DNA from: Acidiferrobacterales bacterium
GTDB taxonomy: Bacteria; Pseudomonadota; Gammaproteobacteria; Acidiferrobacterales; SPGG2
Length of the DNA stretch: 64,000 nt
Reading direction: 5' to 3'
Assembly (NCBI GenBank): GCA_046759385.1
Contig: JBHICC010000002.1
Span: 19,431 to 83,430, forward strand
The position numbers and the translations under genes were made by a program. Under the pieces are notes generated by a model. The model was given only the letters and a program-made list of their open reading frames with translations. It was not told the origin of the DNA and made no database searches. Positions 38,686 through 48,255 of the stretch are shown here, piece by piece. The first letter of the stretch is position 1, and every line of letters starts with the position of its first letter.

Positions 38686-39876
38686 ATGACCACCGTTTTC
38701 CGCCCCTACTCCCACTCCGACGCGCTGCGCTCCGACCGCAGCGCCGGTGATCGTTTGCGACACCGGCAGAAAGTCCGACAAGCCATACGCGAGAACATTG
38801 CTGACATCGTTGCCGAGGAATCGATCATCGGGCAAGGACGCGACAAGATCATCAAAGTCCCCATCCGCGGCGTCAAAGAATACCGTTTCGTTTTCGGCGA
38901 TAACACGCCCGGTGTCGGCACCGGTGATGGCGACTCGCAACCGGGCCAGGTGATTGGCAAGGCCGAGGGGCATGGGCAAGGCGCCGGTCGCGGCGGCGAC
39001 CAGCCCGGCGTCGACTACTATGAGACCGACGTCACGCTCGAGGAGCTGGTCGAGATCATGTTCGAGGATCTTCAGCTCCCGGAGATGGAACGGAAAAAAC
39101 TGCGCGAAGTATTGGCAGAGCGTTCAAGCAAACGCAAGGGATATCGTCGTGTCGGCGTACGCGTGCACATGGACAAGCGGCGCACAGCAATAGCGCGGGT
39201 GCGCCGGCGTGTCGCCAGTGGTCGGCACGCGGCCGTTGTCGAAATCGCCCCCGAGCCCGAGTCCGAGCGTTTTCCGTTTCACCGAGATGACATCCGGTTT
39301 CGTCGACTGCGCCAGGAATCAAAGCCGCAGTCCAATGCGGTCGTGCTCTGCATTATGGATACGTCCGGCTCGATGGATACGATCAAGAAATACCTGGCGC
39401 GCAGCTTTTTCTTTGTGCTCTTTCAGTTCGTCCGTGCGCGCTACACGAACGTTGAGGTCGTTTTCATCGCGCACCACACGCGTGCGCGCGAGGTAACGGA
39501 GGAGGAGTTCTTTCACAAGGGAGAGTCCGGCGGGACCTATATCTCTTCGGGTTACGTGAAGGCACTAGAGATCGTGCAGGCACGGTACCACCCGTCCTTA
39601 TGGAACATCTACGCGTTTCACTGCTCGGACGGCGATAATTTCCCGAACGATAACGCTGCTGCGCTGCGGGCGGCGCGAGGGCTTTGTGAGGTCGCGAACC
39701 TTTTCGGTTATGGCGAGATCAAGCCATTGAATTCCAGCCACTACGAGGATTCAATGCTGCAGCTCTTCAAGTCGTTAAAGGTGCCGAATTTTCATTCCAT
39801 ATTGATCGAGCGCAAGGAAGACATATGGCCGAGCTTTAAGGCGTTTCTGTCGCGTGAGCGGGAGGAGCAAACTTAG
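38686..39876 (+). CDS. yeaH: YeaH/YhbH family protein (DUF444, vWA-like)
   Basis: 396 aa with N-terminal DR.RH..KV..AI and MIDAS-like IMDTSGSMD. It is second in the prkA-yeaH-spoVR trio. Confidence 0.85.
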   Translation: MTTVFRPYSHSDALRSDRSAGDRLRHRQKVRQAIRENIADIVAEESIIGQGRDKIIKVPIRGVKEYRFVFGDNTPGVGTGDGDSQPGQVIGKAEGHGQGAGRGGDQPGVDYYETDVTLEELVEIMFEDLQLPEMERKKLREVLAERSSKRKGYRRVGVRVHMDKRRTAIARVRRRVASGRHAAVVEIAPEPESERFPFHRDDIRFRRLRQESKPQSNAVVLCIMDTSGSMDTIKKYLARSFFFVLFQFVRARYTNVEVVFIAHHTRAREVTEEEFFHKGESGGTYISSGYVKALEIVQARYHPSLWNIYAFHCSDGDNFPNDNAAALRAARGLCEVANLFGYGEIKPLNSSHYEDSMLQLFKSLKVPNFHSILIERKEDIWPSFKAFLSREREEQT

Positions 39877-39909
39877 CCCTTCTGAACGCGCGCATAGGAG
39901 ATAAGACTC

Positions 39910-41370
39910 TTGAGTCGGCCTTGGAACGTAAAAGATCTCGAATACTGGGACGCGAAGATCCTTGAGAAGGTCCAGGAGTTCAACCTGTCCTGTTTCCCGC
40001 AGGAGTTTGAAATCTGCGATCACGAGCAGATGCTTGGTTACATGGCCTACTCCGGCATGCCCTCGCACTATCCACATTGGTCGTACGGCAAGAGCTACGA
40101 AAAGCTAAAGACACTCTATGATTACGGCGTCAGCGGGTTGCCTTATGAGATGGTGATCAACGCAAGCCCGTCGCTGGCGTACCTGATGGGTGGCAACTCG
40201 TTGTGTTTGCAGGTTCTCACCATCGCGCACGTCTATGGTCACAACGACTTTTTCCGAAACAACTTCACGTTCCGCGACACCCGCCCGGAGCTGACGATAA
40301 ACAACTTTAAGGTTCGCGCCGATCGGGTGCGCGCGTATGCGGAGGACCCGTCGGTCGGCTCCCTCAAAGTGGAAGAGTGCTTGGACGCTGCGCACGCACT
40401 TTCGATGCAATGCCGTCGCAACGTTGCTATCCGCAAGCTTTCACGCGAAGAGCAAGAGCGACAGGCACTCGATGCGGCTAAGCCGCCGCCCGATCCGTTT
40501 CATACGATTCATAAGGCGCCGGAATACGAGGAGCCCGATCTGACCAAGGTACCACTGGAGCCGGAGGACGATATTCTGCTTTTTATCCGCGACCACAATC
40601 CGTATCTCGCCGAGTGGCAAAAGGATCTTCTTACGATCGCCCATGACGAGGCGCAGTATTTCATTCCCCAGATCGAGACCAAGATCATGAATGAGGGGTG
40701 GGCGAGCTACTGGCATCACAAGATAATGAACAGTCTCGACCTGCCGGAAGATCTGCATATGGAGTTCTTGGTGCACCACAATCAGGTGGTACGCCCGCAT
40801 CTTGGCAACGTTAATCCTTATTACCTGGGTTTCAAGCTATGGCACGACATCCGTCGTCGTTATGATGATCCGACGCCAGAAGAGATCGAAAAGTACGGTC
40901 AACCTGAGAAAAGCGGTACCGAGAAGATCTTTGAGGTGCGCGAAGTCGACCGCGACGTATCGTTCCTGCGTCGCTTCCTCAGCGAGGAGTTGATGCGGGA
41001 GATGGATATGTTTCAGCATGAGCGCCGTGGCGACGAGATCGTGATCAGTCATGTGTCCGATGAACAAAGCTGGCAAAAGGTCAAGGACACCTTGCTAAGA
41101 AACGTCGGAATGGGGTCCATGCCAGTCATCCGCATCCTCGACGCGGACTATGAACACAACCGCGTTTTGTACTTGGCGCATGATCACGACAGTCGCGACC
41201 TACAGCTCGAGTACGCGGAGAAGACCCTTGCATACCTGTATCAGCTGTGGGGTCGGGACGTTTTGCTAGACACCAGTATCCAGGGTACCGGCTACCTCTT
41301 TTCCTACGGGAAAGACGGGTTCAACCAGAAGCGCACCGGCCGCAGGGCCGAGTCTACGGCCACCAGCTGA
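39910..41370 (+). CDS. ycgB: SpoVR/YcgB family protein
   Basis: 486 aa with a TTG start. PQEFEICDHEQMLGYMAYSGMPSHYPHWSYGK and NEGWASYWH are SpoVR-family motifs. Confidence 0.85.
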   Translation: MSRPWNVKDLEYWDAKILEKVQEFNLSCFPQEFEICDHEQMLGYMAYSGMPSHYPHWSYGKSYEKLKTLYDYGVSGLPYEMVINASPSLAYLMGGNSLCLQVLTIAHVYGHNDFFRNNFTFRDTRPELTINNFKVRADRVRAYAEDPSVGSLKVEECLDAAHALSMQCRRNVAIRKLSREEQERQALDAAKPPPDPFHTIHKAPEYEEPDLTKVPLEPEDDILLFIRDHNPYLAEWQKDLLTIAHDEAQYFIPQIETKIMNEGWASYWHHKIMNSLDLPEDLHMEFLVHHNQVVRPHLGNVNPYYLGFKLWHDIRRRYDDPTPEEIEKYGQPEKSGTEKIFEVREVDRDVSFLRRFLSEELMREMDMFQHERRGDEIVISHVSDEQSWQKVKDTLLRNVGMGSMPVIRILDADYEHNRVLYLAHDHDSRDLQLEYAEKTLAYLYQLWGRDVLLDTSIQGTGYLFSYGKDGFNQKRTGRRAESTATS

Positions 41371-41490
41371 AGCCCTTTCCTGCCATCGAATAGCGGCGCC
41401 CATGCCGCCTGCACGCTATGGCATGTGTGCTGCCTTACGAGCCGCTTGCGTCTTGCGGCCCGATTCCTAATACTTTGGTCCCTTGCACTT

Positions 41491-41502
41491 AGGACTAGGA
41501 GG
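41491..41502 (+). repeat. 12-mer AGGACTAGGAGG (left copy of inverted pair flanking the EF-G-like gene)
   Basis: The exact reverse complement is at 43704-43715. A third 10-nt copy (GACTAGGAGG) is at 43806-43815. Confidence 0.8.
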
Positions 41503-41520
41503 ACAGTGGGGAGCTAAGCG

Positions 41521-43566
41521 ATGTCCAGCTACGATACTGAAAACATTAGAAATATAGCCCTAGTTGGTCACGCCCTGGCGGGCAAGACGACACTCACAGA
41601 GGCGCTATTGCATGGTGCCGGCGCTATCAATACGCCGGGGTCGGTGGAGAAAGGCAGCACGGTCACCGACTTCGAGCCGGAGGAGAAGGAGTACCAACAC
41701 TCGCTCAATGCGGCGGTCGTGAGCCTCGATCACAGTGGTACCCACGTCAATCTGATCGATACGCCAGGCTTTCCCGACTTTATGGGTCAGGCCCTCAGCG
41801 CGCTGCCGGCGGTTGAAACTATGGCGTTGGTTATCAATGCGCAAGCCGGTATCGAGATGGTGACACAGCGCATGATGGAGCGGGCCACCGAGCGCGATCT
41901 TTGTCGCATGATCGTCATCAACAAAATCGATGCGCATGACATCGATCTCCCAGCCTTGTTGTCGAGAATCCAGGAAAGTTTCGGCAAAGAATGCCTCCCT
42001 ATTAACTTGCCGAGCGGGAGCGGTGAGTCTGTTGTCGATTGTTTCTTCAACCCGGGCGGCGGCAGCGCGGATTTCTCCTCTATCGAGGAGGCCCACACGC
42101 GGATTGTGGATCAGGTGGTAGAGGTTGACGAAGACCTGATGACTGTATACCTGGACCAGGGTGAGGTAAGCCCGGATCAATTGCATGACCCGTTCGAGAA
42201 AGCGTTACGCGAGGGACATTTGATTCCAGTGTGCTTTATCTCGGCACGTACCGGAGCTGGCGTTAAGGAGTTGCTAGAGATCTTCGCCAAGCTCATGCCA
42301 AACCCCAAGGAAGGCAACCCACCGCCGTTTATCAAAGGTGAAGGCGCGGATGCGGAACCCGTCGCTGCGGAGCCGGATCCGAGCAGGCATGTGTTGGCGC
42401 ACGTGTTCAAGGTCGCTGTGGATCCGTTTGTCGGCAAGCTCGGGGTGTTTCGGATTCACCAGGGCACGGTAACGAAGGATACGCAGCTTTATATCAATGA
42501 TTCCCGCAAGCCTTTCAAGGTCGGGCATCTTTTCAAGCTACAGGGTAAAGAACACACAGAGACCGACCTTGGCGTACCGGGCGATATCTGTGCCGTCGCC
42601 AAGGTCGAGGACATCCGTTTCGATGCGGTTCTGCACGACTCGCACGACGAGGATCAATACCACCTGCGGCCGATGGATTTACCCAAGCCGATGGTCGGGC
42701 TCGCCATCGAACCAACAAAACGCGGAGATGAGCAAAAAATCTCGAGCGCTTTGCAAAAGCTAGCCGCCGGGGATCCAACTTTGGTCATAGAGCACAACGC
42801 GGCGATGAATGAGACTGTAATTCGCGGTCTCGGCGATCTGCATCTGCGTGTGATACTCGAGAAGATGAAGGACCGATACAACGCGGAGGTGAAAACCCGC
42901 CCGCCGAAGATTCCGTATCGCGAGACCATCAGTGCGAACGCGGAGGGGCACCACCGCCACAAGAAGCAAACAGGGGGCGCCGGTCAGTTCGGCGAGGTAT
43001 TCTTGCGCGTCGAGCCGTTGCCGCGCGGAAGCGGCTTCGAATTCGTCGATAAAGTCGTCGGTGGCGTGATCCCCAATCAGTTCATTCCGGCAGTCGAGAA
43101 GGGTGTCCGTCAGGTGATGGAATCCGGGGCGATCGTGGGCTACCCCATGCAAGATATCAGGGTCACCGTTTGCGACGGCAAACATCACTCAGTTGACTCG
43201 AAGGAAGTCGCCTTCGTGGCGGCGGGTAAGAAGGCTTTCCTCGACGCCATACAGAAGGCCAAGCCGCTCGCACTCGAGCCCATCGTTAACATCGAGGTGA
43301 TCGCGCCGGATGCTAACATGGGCGATATCACCGGTGACCTGTCGGGTAAGCGAGGCCGAATCAATAACACCGAAACGCTGCCGGGCAATATGGTCTCTAT
43401 CACGGGAACAGTCCCCCTGAGCGAGCTAAACAATTACCAGTCGAAGCTCAAATCTGTCACCGGTGGCCAAGGCTCGTACGCGATCGAATTCAGCCATTAC
43501 GAACCGGTGCCCCCCAACGTGCAGCAGCAGCTCGTCGCCGAGTACAAGCCGGGTAAGGAAGAGTAA
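41521..43566 (+). CDS. elongation factor G-like GTPase (EF-G paralogue, atypical switch II)
   Basis: 681 aa. G1 GHALAGKTT, G3 DTPGFPDF (canonical DTPGHxDF), G4 NKID. EF-G domains II-V are recognisable (e.g. GDLHL..ILE.M, HHRHKKQTGGAGQFG). Confidence 0.85.
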   Translation: MSSYDTENIRNIALVGHALAGKTTLTEALLHGAGAINTPGSVEKGSTVTDFEPEEKEYQHSLNAAVVSLDHSGTHVNLIDTPGFPDFMGQALSALPAVETMALVINAQAGIEMVTQRMMERATERDLCRMIVINKIDAHDIDLPALLSRIQESFGKECLPINLPSGSGESVVDCFFNPGGGSADFSSIEEAHTRIVDQVVEVDEDLMTVYLDQGEVSPDQLHDPFEKALREGHLIPVCFISARTGAGVKELLEIFAKLMPNPKEGNPPPFIKGEGADAEPVAAEPDPSRHVLAHVFKVAVDPFVGKLGVFRIHQGTVTKDTQLYINDSRKPFKVGHLFKLQGKEHTETDLGVPGDICAVAKVEDIRFDAVLHDSHDEDQYHLRPMDLPKPMVGLAIEPTKRGDEQKISSALQKLAAGDPTLVIEHNAAMNETVIRGLGDLHLRVILEKMKDRYNAEVKTRPPKIPYRETISANAEGHHRHKKQTGGAGQFGEVFLRVEPLPRGSGFEFVDKVVGGVIPNQFIPAVEKGVRQVMESGAIVGYPMQDIRVTVCDGKHHSVDSKEVAFVAAGKKAFLDAIQKAKPLALEPIVNIEVIAPDANMGDITGDLSGKRGRINNTETLPGNMVSITGTVPLSELNNYQSKLKSVTGGQGSYAIEFSHYEPVPPNVQQQLVAEYKPGKEE

Positions 43567-43703
43567 CGGACGACCGGCGAAGTGGGCTTTTTGGCCGTGA
43601 TTGCGCGTGAAAAGCCTGTTTTCGGTGGCGCCTGAACCACGCTGAGCGTGAGCAAGAACTCCCTGCCATATTACTGCACCGCAGCAATTTTCTCACCGAC
43701 CCA

Positions 43704-43715
43704 CCTCCTAGTCCT
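43704..43715 (-). repeat. 12-mer CCTCCTAGTCCT (right, inverted copy of AGGACTAGGAGG)
   Basis: Exact reverse complement of 41491-41502. It also pairs with GACTAGGAGG at 43806-43815 across an AT-rich 90-nt spacer. Confidence 0.8.
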
Positions 43716-43736
43716 TTTTAAAACAACCCTGCCCTC

Positions 43737-43765
43737 TTGACAGTTAACGTTTTACTAGCGATTAT
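43737..43765 (+). promoter_or_regulatory. candidate sigma70 promoter upstream of exeA
   Basis: TTGACA-N17-GATTAT inside the only strongly AT-rich patch of the EF-G/exeA spacer, about 180 nt upstream of the exeA ATG. Confidence 0.35.
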
Positions 43766-43944
43766 TTTTTTAAGACAATGTTTTATCGGGATATTTGGTG
43801 TCATTGACTAGGAGGGGGTAGCAAGCCTGTTGCAAGGACTTTCGGGCCGTGAAAAGCACGCATGCTGGCGGCGTTGGGCGAATGCGTGCGTAGGGTTTCG
43901 AGCGACGGCACTCACTCGCGCTCCAAGGTCGTGGAGGAGGGACT

Positions 43945-45726
43945 ATGTATAATCGCCATTTCGGTTTGAAAGAAAACCCCTTCTCGATCGCTCCCGATCC
44001 CCGCTATCTATATCTAAGTCGGCGCCATCAAGAGGCGCTGGCGCATCTGATCTATGGAGTTACGGAGGGCGGTGGTTTTGTCCAACTGACGGGGGACGTT
44101 GGTGTCGGCAAGACCATGCTGATTCGCGCGCTGCTAGAACGTCTTCCCGATGACGTCGACGTCGCATTGATCCTGTATCCCATTTTATCGGTGCAGGAGT
44201 TCGTCTGCGCCATCTGCGATGAGTTGCGTATTCCCTACTCGAAGGAAAGCGTGTCGCTGAAGGTGCTCATTGACGCACTGAATGCATACCTGCTGGAGAA
44301 TCACGCGAAAGGTCGGCGTACAGTGTTGATCATCGACGAGGCGCAGAATCTCAGTCGCGATGTGCTCGAGCAGTTACGACTATTGACGAATCTGGAAACG
44401 AACACAGAAAAACTCCTGCAGATCCTGCTTGTCGGGCAGCCTGAGCTCAGCAACATGCTCGCTCAGCGCGATCTTCGCCAACTCGCGCAGCGGATTACCG
44501 CACGTTACAGTTTGAAGGCGCTGTTCCCACACGAGACGTCGGACTACATCATGCACCGATGTCGCGTCGCCGGAGGAAAGTCACCGATGTTCAGCCGATC
44601 AGCGGCGCGCTGGGTACACAGATTATCCGGGGGTGTGCCAAGAACGATCAACATTGTCTGTGATCGCGCACTGCTCGGTGCCTATGCACGTGGGAAGACA
44701 GACGTTCCTGCAAGCACCGTCCGTCGTGCGGCGGACCAGGTCGGGCGTGACGTGCCGAAGCGCTTCTTCTTGCGGCCCAGCGTGCTGGCGTTGGTGCCGT
44801 TGACCGCGCTGGCAATGGTAGGGGGTTGGCAGTTTTCGCCGACGTTTATGGACATCTGGAACGGTGATGGGCCTGTTGCCCTTGTGTCGTCGCCGTATGC
44901 CCAGGTTGCGACCTCGCTGCCCGAGCCGTCAGCGCAAGGGGTGATCGCAGCACAAGAGAAGCAAGAACCCGTTGCCAGGACCCGCAGCGAGCCCACGGTT
45001 AAGGCCGAGCAAGCCCCTGGGGGATTGCCAGAAGCCGCGGTCGTTGCTAAGTCTGTTTCAGCCGAGGAAGGCAAAACGAAGGAGCCGACCGTTGCGGAAG
45101 TGCTGGCCAGCCCGCAGACAGCGACCGATACGGAAACGGCATTTACTGGATTATTTGCCCGCTGGGGTCTCAATTACGGGTCCTTGCCCGGGAACACAGG
45201 CTGCGCGCGTGCTGCCAAATCGGGTCTACGTTGCATCTTCCGGTCGGGAACGTGGAATAACCTACGGCACTTGAATCGACCCGCTGTTATCGAGTTGATC
45301 GACGACAAGGGCCAAAAACACCATGTACTTGTTTCAGCCCTCGATGGCGACCGCGTTGCCTCGGATTTCGGCGGCGAGCAATACGAGTTCCCGATCAGCG
45401 AACTGGACCGCTACTGGTATGGGCAGTATCTGTTGCTGTGGAAGCCACCCATATCGAGCAAGCGCACGCTTCGTCGAGGCACGCGAGATAAGTCGGTTAT
45501 ATGGTTGCGTAACGCGCTAGCACGATACAACGGTAAATCCGCGTCATCCAGCAACAGCCGCATGTTCGACAAAGATCTTGAAGAACAGGTCAAGGCTTTT
45601 CAGCGCGATCATCATCTGCTCGACGATGGCGTGGTTGGCAGGTTGACATTAATTCAGCTTAATACCTACGACAATGGCAACACGCCACCGTTGCTCTGGG
45701 ATGCGAAGAAGGCGCGAACAGGATAG
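43945..45726 (+). CDS. exeA: ExeA/GspA-like AAA+ ATPase with C-terminal peptidoglycan-binding domain
   Basis: FGL.ENPFSI.PDPRYLY N-terminus, Walker A GDVGVGKT, Walker B LIIDEAQNL, and a C-terminal PG_binding_1-like LEEQVKAFQRDHHLLDDGVVGRLTLIQL. Confidence 0.85.
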   Translation: MYNRHFGLKENPFSIAPDPRYLYLSRRHQEALAHLIYGVTEGGGFVQLTGDVGVGKTMLIRALLERLPDDVDVALILYPILSVQEFVCAICDELRIPYSKESVSLKVLIDALNAYLLENHAKGRRTVLIIDEAQNLSRDVLEQLRLLTNLETNTEKLLQILLVGQPELSNMLAQRDLRQLAQRITARYSLKALFPHETSDYIMHRCRVAGGKSPMFSRSAARWVHRLSGGVPRTINIVCDRALLGAYARGKTDVPASTVRRAADQVGRDVPKRFFLRPSVLALVPLTALAMVGGWQFSPTFMDIWNGDGPVALVSSPYAQVATSLPEPSAQGVIAAQEKQEPVARTRSEPTVKAEQAPGGLPEAAVVAKSVSAEEGKTKEPTVAEVLASPQTATDTETAFTGLFARWGLNYGSLPGNTGCARAAKSGLRCIFRSGTWNNLRHLNRPAVIELIDDKGQKHHVLVSALDGDRVASDFGGEQYEFPISELDRYWYGQYLLLWKPPISSKRTLRRGTRDKSVIWLRNALARYNGKSASSSNSRMFDKDLEEQVKAFQRDHHLLDDGVVGRLTLIQLNTYDNGNTPPLLWDAKKARTG

Positions 45727-45728
45727 CG

Positions 45729-46418
45729 ATGTCCTACATACTCGACGCGCTAAAAAAGTCTGAAGAAGAACGCGAGCTCAGCCACATGCTCGACTCCGAG
45801 AACGACGGACTGAGTGCTTCTCTGAAGCGACCGTTTTGGCCAGTCGCGATCGGCTTGGCACTGCTTTTGATCGTTTCACTGACTTCGCTGCGGGTGTGGT
45901 GGCAGGCCGATGAACCCCAAACAGTTACCATGGCCGAGCCTATAGCGCAGGTCGCGCCTAGTCTTGCGCAGAGATCGTCGGCGACCAAGCTGGAGCCGGT
46001 CACCAAAGTGGCCGTAGGCGATCTGGCCGAGCAGACACGGCTGGCTGCGAAGAAAGCCCAGCGGAGGAAAATTACCCAGACCAAGACGCGCCATGTAGAA
46101 CCGGCCATGCCTAAGGTGTCGCAGGCCGCTGCCCGGCAGACCACGATTCCGGCACTCACACCGCGGGGGCCGCAAGAGCTAGCAGCCGTGCCCTTTCTCC
46201 GGCAGATGCCGAACGAGTTTCGCCGCAGCATCCCGAAGCTCGCGGTGAACGTGCACCTATACTCGGCGGACGAAGCCGAGAACCTGGTGTACATAAATAA
46301 CCGCCAATACCGCAAGGGCGAGCAGATCAAAGGCGGCCTGCGGCTAGAGGAGATCGTAGAGGAAGGTGTCGTCCTCAGCCGTAACGGGGTCTACTTCAAG
46401 CTCCCCAGACCTAACTGA
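45729..46418 (+). CDS. exeB: ExeB/GspB-like protein
   Basis: MSYILDALKKSEEERE N-terminus, one TM helix, and a conserved C-terminal LxLxxIxxxGVVL-type segment. Immediately follows exeA. Confidence 0.75.
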   Translation: MSYILDALKKSEEERELSHMLDSENDGLSASLKRPFWPVAIGLALLLIVSLTSLRVWWQADEPQTVTMAEPIAQVAPSLAQRSSATKLEPVTKVAVGDLAEQTRLAAKKAQRRKITQTKTRHVEPAMPKVSQAAARQTTIPALTPRGPQELAAVPFLRQMPNEFRRSIPKLAVNVHLYSADEAENLVYINNRQYRKGEQIKGGLRLEEIVEEGVVLSRNGVYFKLPRPN

Positions 46419-46619
46419 ATTTCCAACGCAAAGGTCGCTCCTGTGCGTCCCTTCACTTCGCGCGAAGGCGCAAAGATTTACTTTAATTAGGTTTTTTTCA
46501 TCGGCGCTCTGGATCCTAGTGCCTAGTATGCGTCCCCCAAGCACATCTCTACGCTGAAACTGTCTTAAACCCTCCTCGATCTCTGCGCCGAAGAATGGAT
46601 GCATCAACGGCGAAATACG

Positions 46620-47873
46620 CTATTCAGCTAGTTGTAGTCTCGTTTGGACGTCGACTTCGGCGTGCAAGGTTCTGTGAACCGGGCACTTGTCGGCGATCTC
46701 GCGCAACTTCTGTCGCTGTGCTTCGGTCAGATCACCCTCGAGAATAAGTACCCTGTCGATGTGATCGATTTTGCCCTCTTTCGTCTCGCAGTGTTGGCAA
46801 TCCTCGGCATGGGTTTTTTGATGGCTCAGTTTCACCAACACCCTATCTAGCGGGAGCTTCTTGAAACGCGCATACATGCGCAAAGTCATGCTGGTGCAAG
46901 TGCCAAGACTCGCGAGCAGCAATTCGTACGGATCGGGACCGGTGTCACGCCCGCCGTTCTTGATCGGTTCATCAGCCATTAAATGATGCGAATCGGTGAA
47001 AATGTCGTTCGTGAAACTGGGATCGGTTTCCCGCACCAGCACCTCGCCCGCACTGAGCGTACGGCGAGGGCGGATATTGTCAGCCTGCTGCGTGTCCGGT
47101 ATGTATCGACTCGCCCAGGCCGCGATTGTCTCGGCTACATATTGAGAATCCTGTCGACGACTCAGCAAATGGTCCGCGTTGTCCAAGGAAACGAAACTTT
47201 TCGGATGTTTCGCCGCTTCATAGATGTGCCGCGCATTGTCGATGTCCACGATTTCATCGCGCGGCGAGTGGAAGATAAGCAGAGCCTTCTTCATGCGCGC
47301 GATTTGATCATGCAGATTCTGGTGACGAGTGTCCTCCAGAAACTGTTTCTTGATCCTGAAACTGCGACCGGCCAGGTTCACGGTCGCCTCGCCCTGCGCA
47401 TCGATCTCGTCAAGCTTTGCTTCGAAAAGATGGGTCACATGCGCTGGATCGCCCGGCGCACCGATGGTAGCAACCGCCTTGGTCTCTTCAATCCTTTCCG
47501 CGGCTGCTAGGACCGCCGCGCCACCGAGACTGTGACCTACCAGTACGGCCGGCGCGCTCAGTGCATCGCGCATGTAATCGGCGGCTGCGATCAAGTCGGC
47601 GACGTTGGAGGAAAAATTGGTATTCGCGAAATCGCCCTCGCTGTTACCCAACCCGGTAAAGTCGAACCGCACGACGCCGATGCCCTTCGCTGCTAAGGCC
47701 CGGCTGATGCGACCGGCCGCAGCAATGTCCTTGGAGCAGGTGAAGCAATGGGCGAATAGCGCGTAGGCGATTGGCTCACCGGCAGGCCGCTCCAAAAGCG
47801 CTGCGAGCTGTTCGTTGCTTTGGTTTGTAAAGGTCAATTTGTCTCTGCGGACGGTTATCTGCGCTTCTTTCAT
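46620..47873 (-). CDS. bifunctional alpha/beta hydrolase / OsmC-family protein
   Basis: The N-terminal hydrolase has the nucleophile elbow GHSLGG. The C-terminal OsmC-like domain reads [24 protein letters not shown]. Confidence 0.75.
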   Translation of the reverse strand: MKEAQITVRRDKLTFTNQSNEQLAALLERPAGEPIAYALFAHCFTCSKDIAAAGRISRALAAKGIGVVRFDFTGLGNSEGDFANTNFSSNVADLIAAADYMRDALSAPAVLVGHSLGGAAVLAAAERIEETKAVATIGAPGDPAHVTHLFEAKLDEIDAQGEATVNLAGRSFRIKKQFLEDTRHQNLHDQIARMKKALLIFHSPRDEIVDIDNARHIYEAAKHPKSFVSLDNADHLLSRRQDSQYVAETIAAWASRYIPDTQQADNIRPRRTLSAGEVLVRETDPSFTNDIFTDSHHLMADEPIKNGGRDTGPDPYELLLASLGTCTSMTLRMYARFKKLPLDRVLVKLSHQKTHAEDCQHCETKEGKIDHIDRVLILEGDLTEAQRQKLREIADKCPVHRTLHAEVDVQTRLQLAE

Positions 47874-48255
47874 CGTTGCGTCTCAGGTTTCGGCTAGCGT
47901 GCTCGGGAGCAATTGTATTTGTCGGAGCTGTTGATTGGCAGGGGAGTAACAGAGCGAGGCAAAGACCCACCGGGCCGGAACTGTACGAGGGAATAATTGC
48001 GGACACGCGGTAGACTTTCGAAAAACCTTAGTTGGCATACCGTTTTCGCGCTCGCTTGTATTGGTAGAATCGGGCTTCAGGTCGGCTGCTTACTTCGCGT
48101 TTGCCCGACCTAGTCGCGCAGCGGGCACATCGCAGCACTTATAGAATTCGGACGTTTTCGCTTCGTAGGCCAGCAGCGTTGGTTGGAGCATATACCGATG
48201 AGTGTGAGCGCGTGCAGCGACGACTTGTCACATAACGTAAACATGGAGTTAGATC

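Noticed and set aside
43830-43952. 40-codon upstream ORF (TTG start) ending in a TAA that overlaps the exeA ATG
   Set aside because: The SD-like AGGAGG is 14 nt from the TTG, which is too far. The peptide is Arg/Trp/Cys-rich with no recognisable features. exeA has its own good SD (GGAGGAGGG).
43945-46418. exeA-exeB (plus the distant GspE-like ATPase) as a type II secretion gene cluster
   Set aside because: No GspC, D, F-M or O genes occur anywhere in the window. ExeAB-type accessory pairs are commonly unlinked from the main gsp operon. This is not a secretion locus in itself.
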